From Dendrobates tinctorius (taxonomy: Eukaryota), in the NCBI RefSeq assembly GCF_039654945.1, contig NW_027362260.1:1-64000 (forward strand): a stretch of 64,000 nt of DNA. The letters are read 5' to 3'. Positions 51,620-63,873 of the stretch are shown here, in pieces; within the stretch, counting starts at the first letter, position 1; every line of letters begins with the position of its first letter. Made by a program: the position numbers and the translations under genes. The notes under the pieces were generated by a model. The model was given only the letters and a program-made list of their open reading frames with translations. It had not been told where the DNA came from and made no database searches.

Positions 51620-52630
51620 AGTATGGATTACACGTGATTGCACAAAGGTGAGAAAGGGTACCGTATCCCCAGATAACATGTATGGATAGCGTACACATTC
51701 AAAATATATGTCTCAGGAGGCAGGCTCAGATGGTGTTAGGCCCAGTATGGATTGCACGTGATTGCACAAAGGTGAGAAAGGGTACCGTATCCCCAGATAA
51801 CATGTATGGATAGCATAGTGTACACATTCAAAATATATGTCTCAGGAGGCAGGCTCAGACGGTGTTAGGCCCAGTATGGATTGCACGTGATTGCACAAAG
51901 GTTAGAAAGGGTACCGTATCCCCGGATAACATGTATGGATAGCGTACACATTCAAAATATATGTCTCAGGAGGCAGGCTCAGACGGTGTCAGGCCCAGTA
52001 TGGATTGCACGTGATTGCACAAAGGTTAGAAAGGGTACCGTATCCCCGGATAACATGTATGGATAGCGTACACATTCAAAATATATGTCTCAGGAGGCAG
52101 GCTCAGACGGTGTTAGGCCCAGTATGGATTGCACGTGATTGCACAAAGGTTAGAAAGGGTACCGTATCCCCGGATAACATGTATGGATAGCGTACACATT
52201 CAAAATATATGTCTCAGGAGGCAGGCTCAGAAGGTGTTAGGCCCAGTATGGATTGCACTTGATTGCACAAAGGTTAGAAAGGGTTCCGTATCCCCGGATA
52301 ACATGTATGGATAGCGTACACATTCAAAATATATGTCTCAGGAGGCAGGCTCAGACGGTGTTAGGCCCAGTATGGATTGCACTTGATTGCACAAAGGTTA
52401 GAAAGGGTACCGTATCCCCAGATAACATGTATGGATAGCGTACACATTCAAAATATATGTCTCAGGAGGCAGGCTCAGACGGTGTTAGGCCCAGTATGGA
52501 TTGCACGTGATTGCACAAAGGTTAGAAAGGGTACCGTTTCCCCGGATAACATGTATGGATAGCGTACACATTCAAAATATATGTCTATACATCAGGAGGC
52601 AGGCTCAAACGGTGTCAGGCACAGTATGGA
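51620..52630 (-). repeat. 124-bp tandem array (about 8 units) in the hAT 3' region
   Basis: Reverse complement of the 18870-19757 array; about 3 longer units at 32275-32680. Confidence 0.95.
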
Positions 52631-53051
52631 TTTGACGGCCCAGATTACACAGCGGAGGAGCAGGGAGAGGTAAAGATTGCAAATGCTGGGGCCCTGCCCA
52701 AGCAAGGGGGGCCCACTCGTGGGCGTCGGTACTGGCACTGGGCCCCTCATAGTACAGCGGTGTGTCTGACGGCGGGTGTGCACCACCACCGTCAGAGACA
52801 CTTGATTGCATTATGAGGGACCCTGTGCCAGTGCCCGCGCCCAAGAGTCGGCCTACCCACCTGTCCAGGGCAACGGCACTCGCACGGTGTCGTGCGCTAG
52901 GTGGTGACCCCGGCCATGGGGGGGGAGGCAGCACAGTTAGGGAGTTTTAGAAAGTGGCATATGTTGATGTTGGACATTCAGCTTATGCAAAAGGCGAAAT
53001 AGGTGAAGTCCCAGGAAGAGGTGGACCAAAGCAAGCCATTTTTCTGTCACC

Positions 53052-56000
53052 CTATGTGTCATCAGGGGAAGGTGGGACAAAATCCTTGGAAACCCATGCA
53101 TGGTTCATTTTAATGAAGGTTAGATCATCCACATTTTGGGTTGACAGACGGGTCCTTTTTTCTGTCAGGATTGATCCAGCTGCACTGAAGACTCTTTCCG
53201 ATAGCACACTTGCAGCTGGGCAAGCGAGCTCCTGTAAGGCATATTGGGCCAATTCAGGCCAGGTGTCCAGTTTAGTGGCCCAATAGTCAAAGGGGAATGA
53301 CCTGTGTGGGAGAACATCGATATGGGAGGAAAAGTAGTTTGTAACCATAGTTGACAACTGCTGTCTCCTGTCACTTTCCATTGATGCTGTATTACCAGTT
53401 GTGTGAGCGGTACTTGAAAAATCAGTCCACAACACTGTCATGAAACCCCTGTCTCCAACGCCACTTCTGCTGTGTGCACCACGAACACCTCTGCCAAGCT
53501 GCCCCCGGCCCGTACGGCTCGTGTGAGAACCATCACCGCTGCTGTGTGCTGGGAATGCCTCAAGCAACCGATTTACCAGAGTTGCTTGTTTATTAGCCAA
53601 TATTAGGTCAAGGTTCTCCTGTGGCATGATGTTTTGTAATTTGCCTTTATAGCGTGGATCCAGGATGCTGGCCAACCAGTAGTCGTCATCGTTCATCATT
53701 TTGGCAATGCGGGGGTCCCTTTTTAGGATGCGCAAGGCATAATCTGACATGTGGGCCAATGTTCCCGGTGTCAATGATGCACTGCGAGTGCTGGTTGGAG
53801 GAGCACTTTCTGGCAAATCCACATCCCTCCAGTCACGCACAAACCCTGTACCAGACCTTGCCACGCCAACATTTTCACTTGCCCCACGAGATGCATCCTC
53901 CTCCCGTAAGTAATCATCCCCATCATCATCCTCCTCCTCCTCTTCTTCCTCCACCTCGTCCAGGAGAGGTCCCTGAGCAGACAATGGCTGAATGTCATCA
54001 AGGATTCCCTCCTCCTCTTCCTCCTCATCAACATTGGCTGCAGACGCCTGCTCCTTAAGGTGCGTCAAAGTTTGCATGAGCAGACGCATAAGTGGGATGC
54101 TCATGCTTAGGATGGCGTCGTCTGCGCTTACCAGCCGTGTGCATTCCTCAAAACACTGAAGGACTTTACAGAGGTCTTTCAGCTTCGACCACTGCACACC
54201 TGTCAACTCCATGTCTGCTCTCAAAGTGCCTGGCCGTGTATCCTCCCACAAATGCATTATGGCCTGCCTCTGCTCGCACAGCCGCTCCACCATGTGCAGG
54301 GTGGAGTTCCACCTTGTTGCAATGTCGATAATGAGGCGGTGGTTGGGAAGGTGGAGCAATCGCTGCAGCTTCTGCATACGAACGGAGTGTACAGGCGACC
54401 GGCGGATGTGCGCGCACAGTCTTCGCACCTTCTGGAGCAGGGCTGTTAACTCCGGATAATTTTTGAGGAAGCACTGCACCACCAGGTTCAAGGTGTGAGC
54501 CAAGCAAGGTATGTGGCTGAGTTTTGAAAGGGCTATGGCTGCCACAAAATTACGGCCGTTATCACTAACTACCTTGCCTGCCTCAAGATGTACACTGCCC
54601 AGCCATGACTCAGTTTGTCGCTGAAAGTACTCGGCCAGCACCTCGGCGGTATGTCTGTCGCCCAAACACATCATCTGCAACACAGCCTGCTGACGCTTTC
54701 CACTAGCTGCTCGATAGGGGGACACATCGTGTGCAACAGTGGCAGCTGCAGATGGAGTGCTCGTACGACTGCGCTCTGTGGACGAGCTTTCGCTTCTGGA
54801 GGAGGAGGAGGAGGAGGAGGGTGGAACGCCTACAGCCAACTGTTTCCTGTACCGTGGGCTAGGCAGCACTGTCCCACCACCGCTGTCCCCTGTGGACCCT
54901 GCATCCACCACATTAACCCAGTGCGCAGTGATGGACACGTAATGGCCCTGGCCATGCCGACTGGACCATGCATCAGTTGTGAGGTGCACCTTTCCGCTCA
55001 CTGACTGCTTGAGTGCATGGACTATGCGGTCTTTCACATGATGGTAGAGGGCTGGGATGGCTTTGCGAGAGAAGAAGTGGCGACTGGGTAGGTCATAGCG
55101 TGGTACTGCATAAGCCATGAGTTCGCGGAAAGCTGTGCTTTCCACCAACCGAAAGGGCATCATCTCAAACGAGATTAGTTTGGCAATGTGGGCGTTCAAA
55201 CCCAGTGTACGCGGATGAGAGACTGAGTACTTTCTTGACCTATTCATAGTGTCTGGGAGGGTGAGCTGGACTTGAGAGCTGCATATGGTGGAAGTAGCGG
55301 TGGACAGGGCGGACTGAGAGAGGGTTGATGATGGTGATGGAGTTGGTGTTCTTTCTGATGGCCTAGAATCAGTCTTTCGTTGATATAACAGTGGGATTCC
55401 CTGACTGCTGTGGCCTTGCAACGACACCTCAACATTTGCTGCTGTGCTAACCGGTGGGCTTACAGTGGGGGAAACAATGTAGCATTGCTGACTACCTTCG
55501 TTGTGATCAGTTGCACATGTGGCACTTGAGGTTTGGTGTTGTGTCCACCCTTGCAAGTGCATGCTGGTTAAATGTCTAAGCATGCAACTGGTTTTCAAAT
55601 TTTTCAGATTTTTCCCTCGGCTAAAGGTCTTTGCGCACTTCTTACAGATAACCTTGGCCTGATCACGAGGATTTTGTTCAAAAAAGTGCCACACTGCACT
55701 CTTCCTACTTTGGCAGACATTTTGCGGCCTAGCACGATGTGATCTTTTGACCCTCTGGACAAGCTGTCCAGCAACTCTTTTGATGTTTGGAACCTGTCTT
55801 TGGAGTGCTCCGGGCCTGCCAGATAACAGCTGTTGCGATGTCGATGTCTGCAGTGGATGCTCCTCATCTGAGCTATTGGATGCAGCACCCTCTTCCCCCA
55901 ATGGATGCCAATCTGGGTCAACAACTGGGTCATCCATCACCTCCTCTTCTATGTCATGTGCACCTTCCTCTGTGTCACCGTGTATGGTGGTATAGTGTGC

Positions 56001-56594
56001 GGGAAGGGGCACCTGAGTCTCATCAGGGTCAGAATCTGGCTCTGTACACTGCGAGGACAATGTAGTGCTCTGAGTGAATGTACCAGCAGAATCATCCATC
56101 AGCGGCTGTGCATCAGTGCACTCCATGTCAGATTCATCTTGGCCTGGGTAATTCACCATTTGACTTGATAATCCAGGCATGGTATGTGAAAACAGCTCCA
56201 TGGAGTAATCAGTAGTATGGCCTGCGTCATCCTTCAATCTTGGTTGGGGTGAAGGACACAAGGAAAGGTGTGGTTCATGAACATGAGCCTCCAATGACGA
56301 CTCAGTGCTTTTACTTTTTACAACTGAATAAGAGGAGGCAATAGAGCTGGAGGCTGAGTCAGCAATGTAAGACAAAACTTTTTCCTGATGCTCTGGCTTT
56401 AAAAGCGGTTTGCCAACTCCTAGAAAACTAAGCGTTCGAGGCCTTATGTAGCCAGACGATGATGCAGGCTCAACACCTCCTGCATTCGGTCCTATTTTGC
56501 TCTTGCCACTACCATCAGATCCACCACCAACACCATCATTACCAGCTGCCAACCCCAGCCCAATTCCACGGCCTCTTCCACCAGCCTTCCTCAT
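53052..56594 (-). CDS. Intact hAT transposase (ZBED-like), 1180 aa
   Basis: MRKAGGRGRG start; BED finger SAVWHFF...CKKC...RHLTSMH; DDE residues in LTTDAWS, VSDNGRN and SERVFS; CLAH; TRWNS; dimerisation domain; no stops. Confidence 0.95.
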   Translation of the reverse strand: MRKAGGRGRGIGLGLAAGNDGVGGGSDGSGKSKIGPNAGGVEPASSSGYIRPRTLSFLGVGKPLLKPEHQEKVLSYIADSASSSIASSYSVVKSKSTESSLEAHVHEPHLSLCPSPQPRLKDDAGHTTDYSMELFSHTMPGLSSQMVNYPGQDESDMECTDAQPLMDDSAGTFTQSTTLSSQCTEPDSDPDETQVPLPAHYTTIHGDTEEGAHDIEEEVMDDPVVDPDWHPLGEEGAASNSSDEEHPLQTSTSQQLLSGRPGALQRQVPNIKRVAGQLVQRVKRSHRARPQNVCQSRKSAVWHFFEQNPRDQAKVICKKCAKTFSRGKNLKNLKTSCMLRHLTSMHLQGWTQHQTSSATCATDHNEGSQQCYIVSPTVSPPVSTAANVEVSLQGHSSQGIPLLYQRKTDSRPSERTPTPSPSSTLSQSALSTATSTICSSQVQLTLPDTMNRSRKYSVSHPRTLGLNAHIAKLISFEMMPFRLVESTAFRELMAYAVPRYDLPSRHFFSRKAIPALYHHVKDRIVHALKQSVSGKVHLTTDAWSSRHGQGHYVSITAHWVNVVDAGSTGDSGGGTVLPSPRYRKQLAVGVPPSSSSSSSRSESSSTERSRTSTPSAAATVAHDVSPYRAASGKRQQAVLQMMCLGDRHTAEVLAEYFQRQTESWLGSVHLEAGKVVSDNGRNFVAAIALSKLSHIPCLAHTLNLVVQCFLKNYPELTALLQKVRRLCAHIRRSPVHSVRMQKLQRLLHLPNHRLIIDIATRWNSTLHMVERLCEQRQAIMHLWEDTRPGTLRADMELTGVQWSKLKDLCKVLQCFEECTRLVSADDAILSMSIPLMRLLMQTLTHLKEQASAANVDEEEEEEGILDDIQPLSAQGPLLDEVEEEEEEEDDDGDDYLREEDASRGASENVGVARSGTGFVRDWRDVDLPESAPPTSTRSASLTPGTLAHMSDYALRILKRDPRIAKMMNDDDYWLASILDPRYKGKLQNIMPQENLDLILANKQATLVNRLLEAFPAHSSGDGSHTSRTGRGQLGRGVRGAHSRSGVGDRGFMTVLWTDFSSTAHTTGNTASMESDRRQQLSTMVTNYFSSHIDVLPHRSFPFDYWATKLDTWPELAQYALQELACPAASVLSERVFSAAGSILTEKRTRLSTQNVDDLTFIKMNHAWVSKDFVPPSPDDT

Positions 56595-56669
56595 TTTTGG
56601 TAGAAATGTAGACAAAATCCAACAAACTATATAGTATGTAAAACAAGGTACAAGGTGTCTATAGGACAG

Positions 56670-57590
56670 GGGAGATTTTGAATTTCTGCAGACACTTGTG
56701 GACACTGGACACTTTTGGATTGTGTGAGGCCCACTGATATCTGAGCGCTATGTGACAGGCTCGATGGCACAGCTGTGACCTAAGTGACTAGAGGATAAGG
56801 GAGATTTTGAATCTCTGCACACACTTTTGGACACTGGACACTTTTGGATTGTGTGAGGCCCAATGAATATCTGAGCGCTATGTGACAGGCTCGATGGCAC
56901 AGCTGTGACAAAAGTGACTAGAGGATAAGGGAGATTTTGAATCTCTGCACACACTTTTGGACACTGGACACTTTTGGATTGTGTGAGGCCCAATGAATAT
57001 CTGAGCGCTATGTGACAGGCTCGATGGCACAGCTGTGACAAAAGTGACTAGAGGATAAGGGAGATTTTGAATCTCTGCACACACTTTTGGACACTGGACA
57101 CTTTTGGATTGTGTGAAGCCCAATGAATATCTGAGCGCTATGTGACAGGCTCGATGGCACAACTGTGACCTAAGTGACTAGAGGATAAGGGAGATTTTGA
57201 ATCTCTGCACACACTTTTGGACACTGGACACTTTTGGATTGTGTGAGGCCCACTGATATCTGAGCGCTATGTGACAGGCTCGATGGCACAGCTGTGACAA
57301 AAGTGACTAGAGGATAAGGGAGATTTTGAATCTCTGCACACACTTTTGGACACTGGACACTTTTGGATTGTGTGAGGCCCACTGATATCTGAGCGCTATG
57401 TGACAGGCTCGATGGCACAGCTGTGACCTAAGTGACTAGAGGATAAGGGAGATTTTGAATCTCTGCACACACTTTTGGACACTGGACACTTTTGGATTGT
57501 GTGAGGCCCAATGAATATCTGAGCGCTATTTGACAGGCTCGATGGCACAGCTGTGACCAAAGTGACTAGAGGATAAGGGAGATTGGATTG
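56670..57590 (-). repeat. 129/130-bp tandem array (about 7 units) in the hAT 5' region
   Basis: Reverse complement of the 5022-15440 unit. Confidence 0.95.
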
Positions 57591-58390
57591 CTTTTAAAAA
57601 ATCAGTTTGCGGAGCAGTGGGTAAACAGCAATGCCAGCCTGTCAGGAAGCCTTAAAAGGCAGCCCAACAACCAACACCACTTATACACCACAATATAGCC
57701 TCCCCTTGCACTGCAAACACAGTGACTGGTGTGTTGTGCAAGCCAAATTTCTATCAGCAGCAGAAGCAGTTTTTTTTTCTTCTCAGCAGGACAAAAAAAA
57801 AAAATTGGGATTGCTTTTAAAAAAGCAGTTTGAGGCCCAATGAATATCTGAGCGCTATGTGACAGGCTCGATGGCACAGCTGTGACCAAAGTGACTAGAG
57901 GATAAGGGAGATTGGATTGCTTTTAAAAAAGCAGTTTGCGGAGCAGTGGGTAAACAGCAATGCCAGCCTGTCAGGAAGCCTTAGAAGGCAGCCCAACAAC
58001 CAACACCACTGATACACCACTTTATAGCCTCCCCTTGCACTGCACACACAGTGACTGGTGTGTTGTGCAGGCCAAATCGCTAGCAGCAGAAGCAGTTTTT
58101 TTGTCTTCTTCCCTGCCTAACGCTTCCCTACAGAATCAGCAGCAACCTCTCCCTATACTGAGATCGGCAGAAGTAAGATGGCGGTCGCCGTGCACGCCCT
58201 TTTATACCCCCTGTGACGCCCACCAAAGCAAGCCAATCACTTGCATGCCCTTCTGAAAGATGGTGGTGACCCCTGCCTATGTCATCACGTCGCCCACAGT
58301 GTCCGTGGATCCTGATTGGCTGAAAAAGAGCGCAAAACAAACTTTTGAAACGCGACTTTGGCGCGTAAGTCGCCGACCTCGTGGCCGACC

Positions 58391-58659
58391 TCATCCTAGG
58401 GTCGGGTTTCGTTTCATGAAACCCGACTTTGCTAAAAGTCGTCGACTTTTGAAATTTTTCGACCCGTTTCGCTCAACTCTAGTCAGTAGGGATCCCAGCG
58501 CCAAGATGATGGCGGCAGAGCTGGCCTTGACGCTGGCGCCGCCGTTACACAGGTCGGTGGTGCAGCAGGAGGTGGAAGCAGAAACCCCGGAAATACCGCT
58601 GCTGCTCGGAGTGCAAGACAATGCACACGACTTAGTGATGGAAGTAACCGAGATCGCAC
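58391..58659 (-). CDS. Ly6/uPAR gene copy 2, last exon, reading into the hAT terminus
   Basis: ...TKSCALSCTPSSSGISGVSASTSCCTTDLCNGGASVKASSAAIILALGSLLT-RVERNGSKNFKSRRLLAKSGFMKRNPTLG*. Confidence 0.85.
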
Positions 58660-59264
58660 CTACAGCGGAGAAAAGCAAATCTGATGAGCTGACCGGGATG
58701 GGAAGGGTTAAAAGCTGCTCGCAACAAGAATGTGGTTTATCCTCAGTACAAGTCACCGGCAGAAGGCTGCGTGCGGTACCTGGCACCGGTGTACACAGAG
58801 GACTAGGGGGCAACCTCTTCCTCTAGGGGAAAGAAGCTTTCATCATCACAGATGAGATTCTTTATGGCACCAGCAATGTGACTATGGATTCCTTACTGTA
58901 CAAGCAAAGACACGATGGATTCTTCACTGTATGAACAGGAACTCTGCTGATTATTTACTGTACAAGCAGTGAGCCTCTGGATTCTTTACTGTCCGAGCAG
59001 TGACACTGTAGATTTTGTACTCTACAAGCAAAGACACTATGGATTCTTCACTGTATGAACAGGAACTCTGCTGATTATTTACTGTACAAGCAGTGAGACT
59101 CTGGGTTCTTTACTGTAAGAGCAGGGTGACTGTAGACGTTTCTGCTGTAACATGTTATAACCAGGTGATATAAAATGGTTACACATGTACAGTCAGTGTA
59201 GACCGGTGCTGGCTGGAGCTGAATGTACAGGACTACGACCAGAAAACCAAAATGCTGAGCTCAC

Positions 59265-59384
59265 CGACTCCGACTGACGCTTCCACTGTCCGACAATACG
59301 TTTCTCCATTCGTGCAGTTTGCCGCAGTCTGACAATTGGAGCTGGAACTTGCTGCTGTGCAGACATAGCATTTCAGAGAGTAAG
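59265..59384 (-). CDS. Ly6/uPAR gene copy 2, internal exon; the signal-peptide exon is presumably beyond the window
   Basis: AYSLKCYVCTAASSSSNCQTAANCTNGETYCRTVEASVGV with intact AG/GT splice sites. Confidence 0.88.
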
Positions 59385-59636
59385 CTGCGGGCAGAAGGGG
59401 AATCATTACAGCGGACGTACATCACCTTCCAGTGTAGGCACAGAGGAGCGGCCTCCCGAGCAGCTGCTCCCGGCATCTACGTGGGCTCACCTATAGACAT
59501 CTATACCTCTGCAAATCTAGCATGGAGGGCAGAGACAGTAACAGTGATCCACGGAGCACAGGACAACTCTGCCTACAGCTCCAATGGGAGAGTGCAGGTT
59601 ATACAAGGGGCTTATGATGTTCGCTCCCCTCTCTGG

Positions 59637-61048
59637 GAGCAAATGTTGTTCCTATCTTCAAAAAGGGGAAGAAGGTGGACCCAGGTAACTATAGGCCGGT
59701 GAGTCTGACTTCTATACCAGGAAAGATCTTTGAACAAATTATTAAACAACATGTATGTCAATACCTGGATAAGAATGAAGTGATTAAACAGAGTCAGCAT
59801 GGGTTTGTAACTAATAAGTCATGTCAGACTAACTTAATTTCCTTCTATGACGGTATCACTGATTGGGTGGATCAAGGAAATGCTGTAGATATAGTATATC
59901 TTGACTTCAGCAAAGCATTTGACAAAGTCTCTCATACAATCCTTATTGAAAAAATGATTAAGTATGGAATGGACAAGGCAACTGTTAGGTGGATTCATAA
60001 CTGGCTTAGTGATCGGACCCAAAGAGTGGTCGTAAATGGCTGCACATCCAGTTGGAAGAATGTCTCAAGTGGGGTACCACAGGGCTCTGTCCTGGGCCCT
60101 GTATTGTTCAACATCTTTATCAACGATTTAGATGAAGGAATTGAGGGTAAACTGATTAAATTTGCTGATGACACAAAGCTAGGAGGGATAGCTAATACTA
60201 GAGAAGAGAGAGAGAGGATTCAAAAAGATTTAAATAAACTGGAGAAGTGGGCAGCAACTAACAGAATGGTTTTTAACAGGGAGAAATGCAAAGTACTACA
60301 TCTGGGCAATAAAAATGGAAAAAGCATATATAGAATGGGAGGAATAGGGCTAAGTGACAGCACATGTGAAAAAGACTTGGGTATACTAATAGATCACAGA
60401 CTGAATATGAGTCAACAGTGTGATGCAGCAGCAAAAAAGGCAAATGCAATTCTAGGATGTATTAACAGAAGCATACAGTCTAGATCACGTGAAGTCATTA
60501 TTTCCCTCTACTCCTCTTTGGTCAGACCTCATCTGGAATATTGTGTCCAGTTTTGGGCACCACATTTTAAAAAAGACATCAACAAACTGGAGCAAGTTCA
60601 GAAAAGAGCGACCAGAATGGTGACCAGTCTGCAAACCCTGTCTTATGAGGAAAGGTTGCAGGATTTGGGAATGTTTAGTTTGCAAAAGAGAAGACTGAGA
60701 GGAGACTTAATAGCTGTCTACAAATATCTAAAGGGCTGTCACATTGTAGAAGGATCAACTTTATTCTCATTTGCACAAGGAAAGACTAGAAGCAATGGGA
60801 TGAAACTGAATGGGAGGAGACACAGATTAGATATTAGAAAAAACTTTTTGACAGTTAGAGTGATCAATGAGTGGAACAGGCTGCCACGAGAAGTGGTGAG
60901 TTCTCCTTCAATGGAAGTCTTCAAACAGAGGCTGGACAGACATCTGACTGGGATGATTTAGCGAATCCTGCTTTGAGCAGGGGGTTGGACCAGATGGCCC
61001 AGGAGGTCCCTTCCAACTCTACGATTCTATGATTCTATGATTCTATGA
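59637..61048 (+). mobile_element. 5'-truncated CR1 (RT domain, ORF 59675-60961)
   Basis: Near-identical to 6735-8140 in reverse; (ATTCTATG)n tail; absent from the paralogous site near 29860. Confidence 0.95.
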
Positions 61049-61742
61049 TCTAATCCTATCCTGTGTGATACTGTCTGCTGAGCCGTGTATCTAATCCCAT
61101 CCTGTGTGATACTGACTGCTGAGCTGTGTATCTAATCCTCTCCTGTGTGATACTGACTGCTGAGCCGTGTATCTAATCCCATCCTGTGTGATACTGACTG
61201 CTGAGCTGTGTATCTAATTCTATCCTGTGTGATACTGACTGCTGAGCCGTGTATCTAATCCTCTCCTGTGTGATACTGACTGCTGAGCTGTGTATCTAAT
61301 CCTCTCCTGTGTGATACTGACTTCTGAGCCGTGTATCTAATCCTCTCCTGTGTGATACTGACTGCTGAGCCGTGTATCTAATCCTACTGTGTGCTGAGCC
61401 GTGCATCTAATCCTCTCCTGTGTGATACTGACTGCTGAGCCGTGTATCTAATCCTCTCCTGCGTGATACTGACCGCTGAGCTGTGTATCTAATCCTCTCC
61501 TGTGTGATACTGACTTCTGAGCCGTGTATCTAATCCTCTCCTGTGTGATACTGACTGCTGAGCCGTGTATCTAATCCTACTGTGTGCTGAGCCGTGCATC
61601 TAATCCTCTCCTGTGTGATACTGACTGCTGAGCCGTGTATCTAATCCTTTCCTGTGTGATACTGACTGCTGAGCCGTGTATCTAATCCTCTCTTGCGTGA
61701 TACTGTCTGCTGAGCCGTGTATCTAATCCTCTCCTGTGTGAT
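61049..61742. repeat. 41-bp minisatellite
   Basis: Same unit as 29860-30437; continues at 63874-64000. Confidence 0.95.
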
Positions 61743-63873
61743 AAAAAAGAGAATTGGAGGGATCCAATGGCTGGATATCCTTAAAGACAAAAATGTCCAG
61801 GAAGGATGGGAAATCTTGAAAAATGAAATTCTCAAAGCACAATTGTTAACAATTCTGAAAAGAGGGAAGAATAGGAAGCATTTAAGGAAGCCAGGATGGA
61901 TGAACACAGAACTTAAGCACATGCTAAAAAGGAAGAAAAAAATGTTTATAAAATGGAAAGAGGGAGGCATATCTAAAGAAGAATATAATGCTGTCTGCAG
62001 AACCTGCAGGGAACAAATCAGATTATCTAAAGCTGACAATGAATTGAGGCTTGCAAGAGATGTCAAAAGCAATAATAAAGGATTTTGGGGATATGTCAAA
62101 AGTAAAAGAAAAGTCAAAGATGCTATAGGATTTTTACAGGATGAAAATGATGAAATGGTAAGACAGGATGTTGAGAAGGCTGAACTTTTAAATTCCTATT
62201 TTGCATCTGTTTTCTCTCAGAAAGGAAATGTAACATCAACTGTTCTTCACTGTCCTATTAAGGGAATAGAAGAATCCAGGATATCTATAAACAGAAATAT
62301 AGTGAGGAAACACTTAGCTAACCTAAATGAATTCAAGTCACCAGGTCCAGATGAATTACACCCCTACACCCCAGAGTACTGAAGGAGATAGCAGAAGAAA
62401 TTTCTGAACCCCTCTCCATAATATTTGAAAATTCTTGGAGAACAGGAGAAGTCCCAGAAGACTGGAGAAGAGCAAATGTTGTTCCTATCTTCAAAAAGGG
62501 GAAGAAGGTGGACCCAGGCAACTATAAGCCGGTGAGTCTGACTTCTATACCAGGAAAGATCTTTGAACAAATTATTAAACAACATGTATGTCAGTACCTG
62601 GATAAGAATGAAGTGATTAAACAGAGTCAGCATGGGTTTGTAACTAATAAGTCATGTCAGACTAACTTAATTTCCTTCTATGATGGAATCACTGATTGGG
62701 TGGATCAAGGAAATGCTGTAGATATAGTATATCTTGACTTCAGCAAAGCATTTGACAAAGTCTCTCATACAATCCTTATTGAAAAAATGACTAAGTATGG
62801 AATGGACAAGGCAACTGTTAGGTGGATTCATAACTGGCTTAGTGATCGGACCCAAAGAGTGGTCGTAAATGGCTGCACATCCAGTTGGAAGAATGTCTCA
62901 AGTGGGGTACCACAGGGCTCTGCCCTGGGCCCTGTATTGTTCAACATCTTTATCAACGATTTAGATGAAGGAATTGAGGGTAAACTGATTAAATTTGCTG
63001 ATGACACAAAGCTAGGAGGGATAGCTAATACTAGAGAAGAGAGAGAGAGGATTCCAAAAGCTATAAATAAACTGGAGAAGTGGGCAGCAACAAACAGAAT
63101 GGTTTTTAACAGGGAAAAATGCAAAGTACTACATCTGGGCAATAAAAATGAAAAAAGCATATACAGAATAGGAGGAATAGGGCTAAGCAACAGCACATGT
63201 GAAAAAGACTTGGGCATACTAATAGATCACAGACTGAATATGAGTCAACAGTGTGATGCAGCAGCAAAAAAGGCAAATGCAATTCTAGGATGTATTAACA
63301 GAAGCATACAGTCTAGATCACGTGAAGTCATTATTTCCCTCTACTCCTCTTTGGTCAGACCTCATCTGGAATATTGTGTCCAGTTTTGGGCACCACATTT
63401 TAAAAATGACATCAACAAACTGGAGCAAGTTCAGAAAAGAGCGACCAGAATGGTGACCGGTCTGCAAACCCTGTCTTATGAGGAAAGGTTGTAGGATTTG
63501 GGAATGTTTAGTTTGCAAAAGAGAAGACTGAGAGGAGACTTAATAGCTGTCTACAAATATCTAAAGGGCTGTCACATTGTAGAAGGATCAACTTTATTCT
63601 CATTTACACAAGGAAAGACTAGAAGCAATGGGATGAAACTGAATGGGAGGAGACACAGATTAGATATTAGAAAAAACTTTTTGACAGTTAGAGTGATCAA
63701 TGAGTGGAACAAGCTGCCACAAGAAGTGGTGAGTTCTCCTTCAATGGAAGTCTTCAAACAGAGGCTGGACAGACATCTGACTGGGATGATTTAGCGAATC
63801 CTGCTTTGAGCAGGGGGTTGGACCAGATGGCCCAGGAGGTCCCTTCCAACTCTACGATTCTATGATTCTATGA
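61743..63873 (+). mobile_element. 5'-truncated, disabled CR1
   Basis: ORF2 fragment with a frameshifting duplication near 62360 and a stop at 63492; CR1 tail. Confidence 0.95.

Larger units (their letters stand above)
49802..58481 (-). mobile_element. Complete, potentially autonomous hAT transposon copy D (8.68 kb)
   Basis: TIRs TAGAGTTGAGCG at both ends; TSD GTCAGGAG / GTCAGTAG (one mismatch); intact transposase. Confidence 0.96.

Noticed and set aside
53052-56705. Domesticated ZBED4/ZBED6-type host gene
   Set aside because: Flanked by TIRs and a TSD, with near-identical decayed copies in the same window; it is a transposon.
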